From assembly GCA_964470965.1 (NCBI GenBank), contig CAYYIS010000005.1, positions 88,057 to 152,056 on the forward strand: a DNA stretch of 64,000 nt, read 5' to 3'. The notes below the pieces were generated by a model. That model was not told where the DNA came from. It did not search any database and saw only the letters and a program-made list of their open reading frames with translations. This DNA comes from an uncultured Gemmatimonadota bacterium. GTDB taxonomy: Bacteria; JAAXHH01; JABIQT01. Both the position numbers and the translations under genes were made by a program. Numbering within the stretch: the stretch's first letter is position 1; each line of letters opens with the position of its first letter. This document shows positions 60,281 to 64,000 of this stretch, piece after piece.

Positions 60281-60943
60281 CTACCTTGAATTTTCAATGT
60301 CCTCGGGCCGGATTATTATAAACTCGTCCTTTGAAAGCGGCCAGAGACGGCGCCAAGTAAGGAAAATACCTACTCCGAAGAAAAAATATGTGAATATCCC
60401 TCGGGATTGCAAATGGTCAACATACGTGTTTTTCTCTACGACGCGCAACAAATTTTCTGCACTCAGCGTGCCTTGCTGAGCAGTCTGGTAAATGGCATAG
60501 TCGTATTCGATATACTCCTCACCCAGCATAATTCCTATCGCTAGTACCGCCCCGGCGGCGAACAGCATCTGACTGCGAGCCCCGGCGATACGGCACATCA
60601 GGACAGCCATGCCCAGGATGACGACTATCATAATCATGGGCGTCAACATCATCATGCCAAAAGCCGTCTGAAACATGAGCCAGCGCCACCCCAACACCGT
60701 GGCGACTCCGATAGAAAGTCCCACCGGCATGGACAGGACGGCACGTCGTGTTCGTTTCTTCTGTTCGGTTTCAAATTCCCGTTCCACCATTGAAACACAG
60801 GAAAGGCAGTACGGATCGCCATCCGCATAATACAGGCATGCCCGACAGAGTGCATGTCCGCAAACACTGCAATCCGTCACTTTTTCCTGGTCTGGATGTG
60901 TGAGGCATGATGATGGATTTTCCATAGTCGTCACTACCTTCAA
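60281..60943 (-). CDS. Membrane protein with N-terminal zinc-ribbon (CxxC...CxxC) and 4 TM helices
   Basis: 220 aa. CSVCGHALCRACLYYADGDPYCLSC followed by hydrophobic helices. Overlaps the tauD-like stop by 4 nt and directly precedes ruvX. Confidence 0.5.
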   Translation of the reverse strand: MKVVTTMENPSSCLTHPDQEKVTDCSVCGHALCRACLYYADGDPYCLSCVSMVEREFETEQKKRTRRAVLSMPVGLSIGVATVLGWRWLMFQTAFGMMMLTPMIMIVVILGMAVLMCRIAGARSQMLFAAGAVLAIGIMLGEEYIEYDYAIYQTAQQGTLSAENLLRVVEKNTYVDHLQSRGIFTYFFFGVGIFLTWRRLWPLSKDEFIIIRPEDIENSR

Positions 60944-61842
60944 GACTGCGGGCCTTCCCGTTGAAGCAACGGAGGAAAGCCGTTCACGCTGATGCGCCAG
61001 AGCAGACGGCGGTCGTCCGGGCCGGTGGCGGGTTTCAGAAGGGTAGCCTTATGTAGTGTTGCGAATGTATCCCAAGCGCCGATATCGCCGACCTTGAAGT
61101 CGATGCTGGTGGTGAACTGCGGTTGAAGCGCATGGTTCTTAAGCTCATCAAGTAGAGAGATGGCTTCGTCGTCCGGCATGCCAACGATACCGAAAGAACT
61201 TCCGGCCACTCCGTATAGGGACCTACGTCCTGTGAACGGGTGCTTTATTGCGAGCGGGTGATAGACGTTTTCTACGCGGTTTTTCTGGTCCGTCGTCAGT
61301 TTCTCGGCAGACGTAGCGGAGTCTTCGATCAGGTCATCTCGGTTACCGTAATGGTGCAGCACCATAAGGTCTTTGATGGTTTTTTTCATCCCATCGGGCA
61401 AGGCATCATAGGCGGCACGGGTGTCACAGAAATGGGTCGGGCAACCAGGACAACCCCACTCACGTCCGTAGACGACGGTCGAACTGTTGGAGGGATCCTC
61501 GTACGCCACATCCGTATGCCAGAACGCCGCGCCTTCGAACACCCCAATGGGGTTACCGTTTTCGATAATATTTGACAGCATCAGGATAGACGGGTGCCCC
61601 TCCATACGCAGGTGATCCAGAAAATGAGGGTGCTGGTTTCCAAATTGTTTCGTGAGCCAGTCATACCGCTCAAAATCGATATGCTGATCGCGGATAAGAA
61701 TCACGGCGTGTTCATGAAACATCCGGAGGACGGTGCGCATATCGTCATCGGTTACCGGTCCAGAGAAATCGACACCGACAATTTCCGCACCGAAAGTCGC
61801 ACCGGGGAGCGGTCTAGTTTCGATCATGGTACATTCCTCCAC
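60940..61842 (-). CDS. TauD/TfdA-family Fe(II)/2-oxoglutarate-dependent dioxygenase
   Basis: 300 aa. HTD iron-binding triad context (AFWHTDVAYED), distal His, conserved Arg (RRLLWRISV). Confidence 0.7.
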   Translation of the reverse strand: MEECTMIETRPLPGATFGAEIVGVDFSGPVTDDDMRTVLRMFHEHAVILIRDQHIDFERYDWLTKQFGNQHPHFLDHLRMEGHPSILMLSNIIENGNPIGVFEGAAFWHTDVAYEDPSNSSTVVYGREWGCPGCPTHFCDTRAAYDALPDGMKKTIKDLMVLHHYGNRDDLIEDSATSAEKLTTDQKNRVENVYHPLAIKHPFTGRRSLYGVAGSSFGIVGMPDDEAISLLDELKNHALQPQFTTSIDFKVGDIGAWDTFATLHKATLLKPATGPDDRRLLWRISVNGFPPLLQREGPQS

Positions 61843-61867
61843 AGGGCGGTATTGTGAGGCACCCGCC

Positions 61868-63361
61868 TTAGGTAAAATCTGCTGTTCCTGCGATCACACT
61901 GTACAATACGTAGAAAATAGCAAGCGGGGCGATGAATCGCATAATGACGCGGAAGCCCTGGAAATAGAGACTGCCACTGCTTAAGCCCAGTTCCTCCAGG
62001 ATGATCTTCTTATCCAGGAACCAGCCCACGAACAGGGTGATGCACAGCCCTGTCACAGGCAGCAGCCAGTTGGCGACCAGATGATCCGCAATGTTGAAAA
62101 TCCCAGTTTTGCCCCTGAAGAACAGATGGTTCATATCGTAGAAAAATCCGGACTCAGAGGAGCCGAATACCTGGAAATGCGCCAGAAAACTGTCGGGGTT
62201 CAGCGAAAATGCCGCAAGAACGGTGCCGATGAACAACACGCCGGCCGACACCAGCGTGGCTTTGACACGCTTATATGAGAATCGGTCGATCAGAAGCGCC
62301 ACCACCACTTCGAGCAGCGAGATGGATGACGAAAGTGCGGCGAAGATCACGAGAAGATAAAACAACGGTCCAAGCAGTGCGCCGCCAGAAAGCTTGGTGT
62401 AGAACAGCGGCGGAAGCGTGATGAAAAGCATCCCGGTGGTACTGCCACTGATACTACTCTTAATTTCTGGAAATGAGAAGATGATAGGATATAGAATCAC
62501 ACACGCCATGATGGCTACCAGCGTGTCCATACTCACGATTAGCGCGGCCGATTTCGTTATGGACTCCTTAGGACCCAAGTACGAACCATAGGTTATCATA
62601 ATGGCCATCCCCAGGGACAGGGAGAAGAACGATTGCCCCATGGCCTCCAGAATGGCCTGGTCGGACAACGCTCCGAACCGTGGCGCAAATAGGAAGCCCA
62701 TGGCCTGGCCGAATCCTTCCAGAGTTAACGTGTAGATCACGAGTACGAGGATAAATCCGAAGAGGGCCGGCATCAGAATCTTATTGGCTTTTTCGATTCC
62801 TCCCGAAATGCCCCTGATCACGATGATGACTGTGGCCACCAAAAACACAAATGACAGGAAGATCTGCAAGCCGGTATTCGCCATGAACCGGGCAAACGCG
62901 TCCGAAGGTTGCTCCGTGTACCCGTTAACGGACCAGGACATACACTGAAAAAACGATGCCACCGCCCAGCCGGCGATAATAATGATGTAGGAGAGTATGG
63001 TGGCACTGCCCGCCACACCGAGCCAGCCTACGATCTTCCATTGGCGTCCACCGGCAGCGGGAGCGCCCATCCGTTCCATGGTTGAGACGGCATTGGCCTG
63101 GGCCCGGCGGCCCAGCAGCAGCTCCGCCACCATGATGGGCAGGCCGATCAGCGGAACGCACAGGAGGTAGATCAGCACGAACGCGCCGCCATTGTTTTCC
63201 CAGGTGATGTATGGAAATTTCCAGAGATTCCCTACGCCGACCGCCGAGCCGGCCGCGGCAAGGATAAATCCGGCCCGCGTTCCCCAATTGGTCCGCCGTA
63301 GTTCAGTCACTGCACCCTGATCGGACATCTCGCTGTCCTGACGGCCTGCCGAGTCGCTCAT
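61868..63361 (-). CDS. Sodium-dependent transporter of the NSS (SNF) family
   Basis: 12 TM. NSS signature GFILAAAGSAVGVGNLWKFPY. Start set at ATG 63361, which forms an ATGA overlap with the purM stop; the ORF-track start is 63394. Confidence 0.8.
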   Translation of the reverse strand: MSDSAGRQDSEMSDQGAVTELRRTNWGTRAGFILAAAGSAVGVGNLWKFPYITWENNGGAFVLIYLLCVPLIGLPIMVAELLLGRRAQANAVSTMERMGAPAAGGRQWKIVGWLGVAGSATILSYIIIIAGWAVASFFQCMSWSVNGYTEQPSDAFARFMANTGLQIFLSFVFLVATVIIVIRGISGGIEKANKILMPALFGFILVLVIYTLTLEGFGQAMGFLFAPRFGALSDQAILEAMGQSFFSLSLGMAIMITYGSYLGPKESITKSAALIVSMDTLVAIMACVILYPIIFSFPEIKSSISGSTTGMLFITLPPLFYTKLSGGALLGPLFYLLVIFAALSSSISLLEVVVALLIDRFSYKRVKATLVSAGVLFIGTVLAAFSLNPDSFLAHFQVFGSSESGFFYDMNHLFFRGKTGIFNIADHLVANWLLPVTGLCITLFVGWFLDKKIILEELGLSSGSLYFQGFRVIMRFIAPLAIFYVLYSVIAGTADFT

Positions 63362-64000
63362 TCCACGATCTCCACAATACGATCTCCGTCGCAAACTTCA
63401 CCGATTTGGTACGGCGTCTCACCATTGGCCCGGAGGGTATCCATCACTGAATCCGCTGTGTCCCGCGCCACGATAACCGCCATGCCGACCCCCATGTTAA
63501 ACGTACGGTACATCTCCCGTGGTTCAACCTTACCCAGTTCCTGGATAGTCTTGAAGACAGGCAGGACCGGCCAGGAACCGGCCTCGATCTTGACGGCACA
63601 CCCTTCAGGTAACACCCGGGGGATATTGTCCAGCAGCCCGCCCCCCGTAATGTGCGCGAGTCCTCTGACCTGCTGCGAGGCGCATAGCGGCAACACCGCA
63701 TTCACGTAGCACCGGTGCGGGTGCAGCAGCCCCTCTCCGATGGAACAGCCCCAGTCATCGACCATGGTATCCACCGTGTATCCCGCCACTTCGAACAGGA
63801 TTTTTCGGGCCAGAGAAAACCCGTTGGTATGCAGACCGTCCGATGCCAGGCCGATAACCCGGTCACCAGGTGTAATACTGGAACCATCTATAATCTGGTT
63901 TTTATCCACCATACCGACGATCGTTCCCACCAGGTCATATTCGCCGGGGGAGTACATATCCGGCAGTTCGGCCAGTTCACCGCCTATAACTGCGCAGTTG
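63358..64000 (-). CDS. purM: Phosphoribosylformylglycinamidine cyclo-ligase, C-terminal part (gene continues beyond window edge)
   Basis: Translation matches the PurM middle and C-terminal domains (PGEYDLVGTIVG ... GLAHITGGG). The apparent Met at 63957 is internal; the N-terminus lies past position 64000. Confidence 0.8.
   Translation of the reverse strand, partial: NCAVIGGELAELPDMYSPGEYDLVGTIVGMVDKNQIIDGSSITPGDRVIGLASDGLHTNGFSLARKILFEVAGYTVDTMVDDWGCSIGEGLLHPHRCYVNAVLPLCASQQVRGLAHITGGGLLDNIPRVLPEGCAVKIEAGSWPVLPVFKTIQELGKVEPREMYRTFNMGVGMAVIVARDTADSVMDTLRANGETPYQIGEVCDGDRIVEIVE

Overview
64 kb chromosomal segment, about 58% GC, densely packed with roughly 50 protein-coding genes. I found no rRNA, tRNA, CRISPR array, transposase or integrase. 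Taxon hints: Shine-Dalgarno (GGAGG/AAGGAG) usage together with a giant secreted protein ending in a type-IX-secretion (T9SS) C-terminal sorting domain, plus a Bat-like MoxR-DUF58-vWA operon, point to a non-Bacteroidia member of the FCB superphylum or a related group (Gemmatimonadota/Marinimicrobia/Latescibacteria-like); this is inference only. Housekeeping and metabolic content: dienelactone hydrolase, HDAC-family amidohydrolase, UDP-glucuronate decarboxylase, Gfo/Idh/MocA oxidoreductase, TPR lipoprotein, GtrB-like GT2, 2-oxoacid dehydrogenase E1alpha/E1beta/E2, DUF72, PdxJ, APC permease, serine hydrolase, a xanthine-dehydrogenase-family FAD/FeS/Mo operon with a MoaD-like gene, GT-C and GT2 glycosyltransferases, AccA, glycerate kinase, TatA, KatG, a K+ channel with RCK domains, M20 peptidase, CDP-glucose 4,6-dehydratase, SDR, MltG, RuvX, TauD, an NSS transporter and a partial PurM. 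Most unusual: (1) a receiver (REC) domain fused to an intact glutamate dehydrogenase, directly followed by a 993-aa hybrid histidine kinase (HisKA-HATPase-REC-REC-Hpt), which would be a complete phosphorelay ending on a central metabolic enzyme; (2) a NurA-like RNase-H-fold nuclease co-transcribed with a 194-aa protein that looks like the HerA N-terminal HAS-barrel with a degenerate P-loop and no ATPase domain; (3) a MoaD/ThiS-like ubiquitin-fold gene (C-terminal GG) as the last gene of the molybdoenzyme operon, which has a consensus promoter followed by four GGGCGTAC repeats; (4) a MoxR-DUF58-vWA operon continuing into a 1146-aa membrane-anchored Q/R/E-rich coiled-coil protein; (5) a GT2 fused to a WbaP-N-terminal-like TM plus Rossmann module without the phosphotransferase domain, translationally coupled to accA. 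All product calls rest on motif-level reading of the translations and need HMM/BLAST confirmation.
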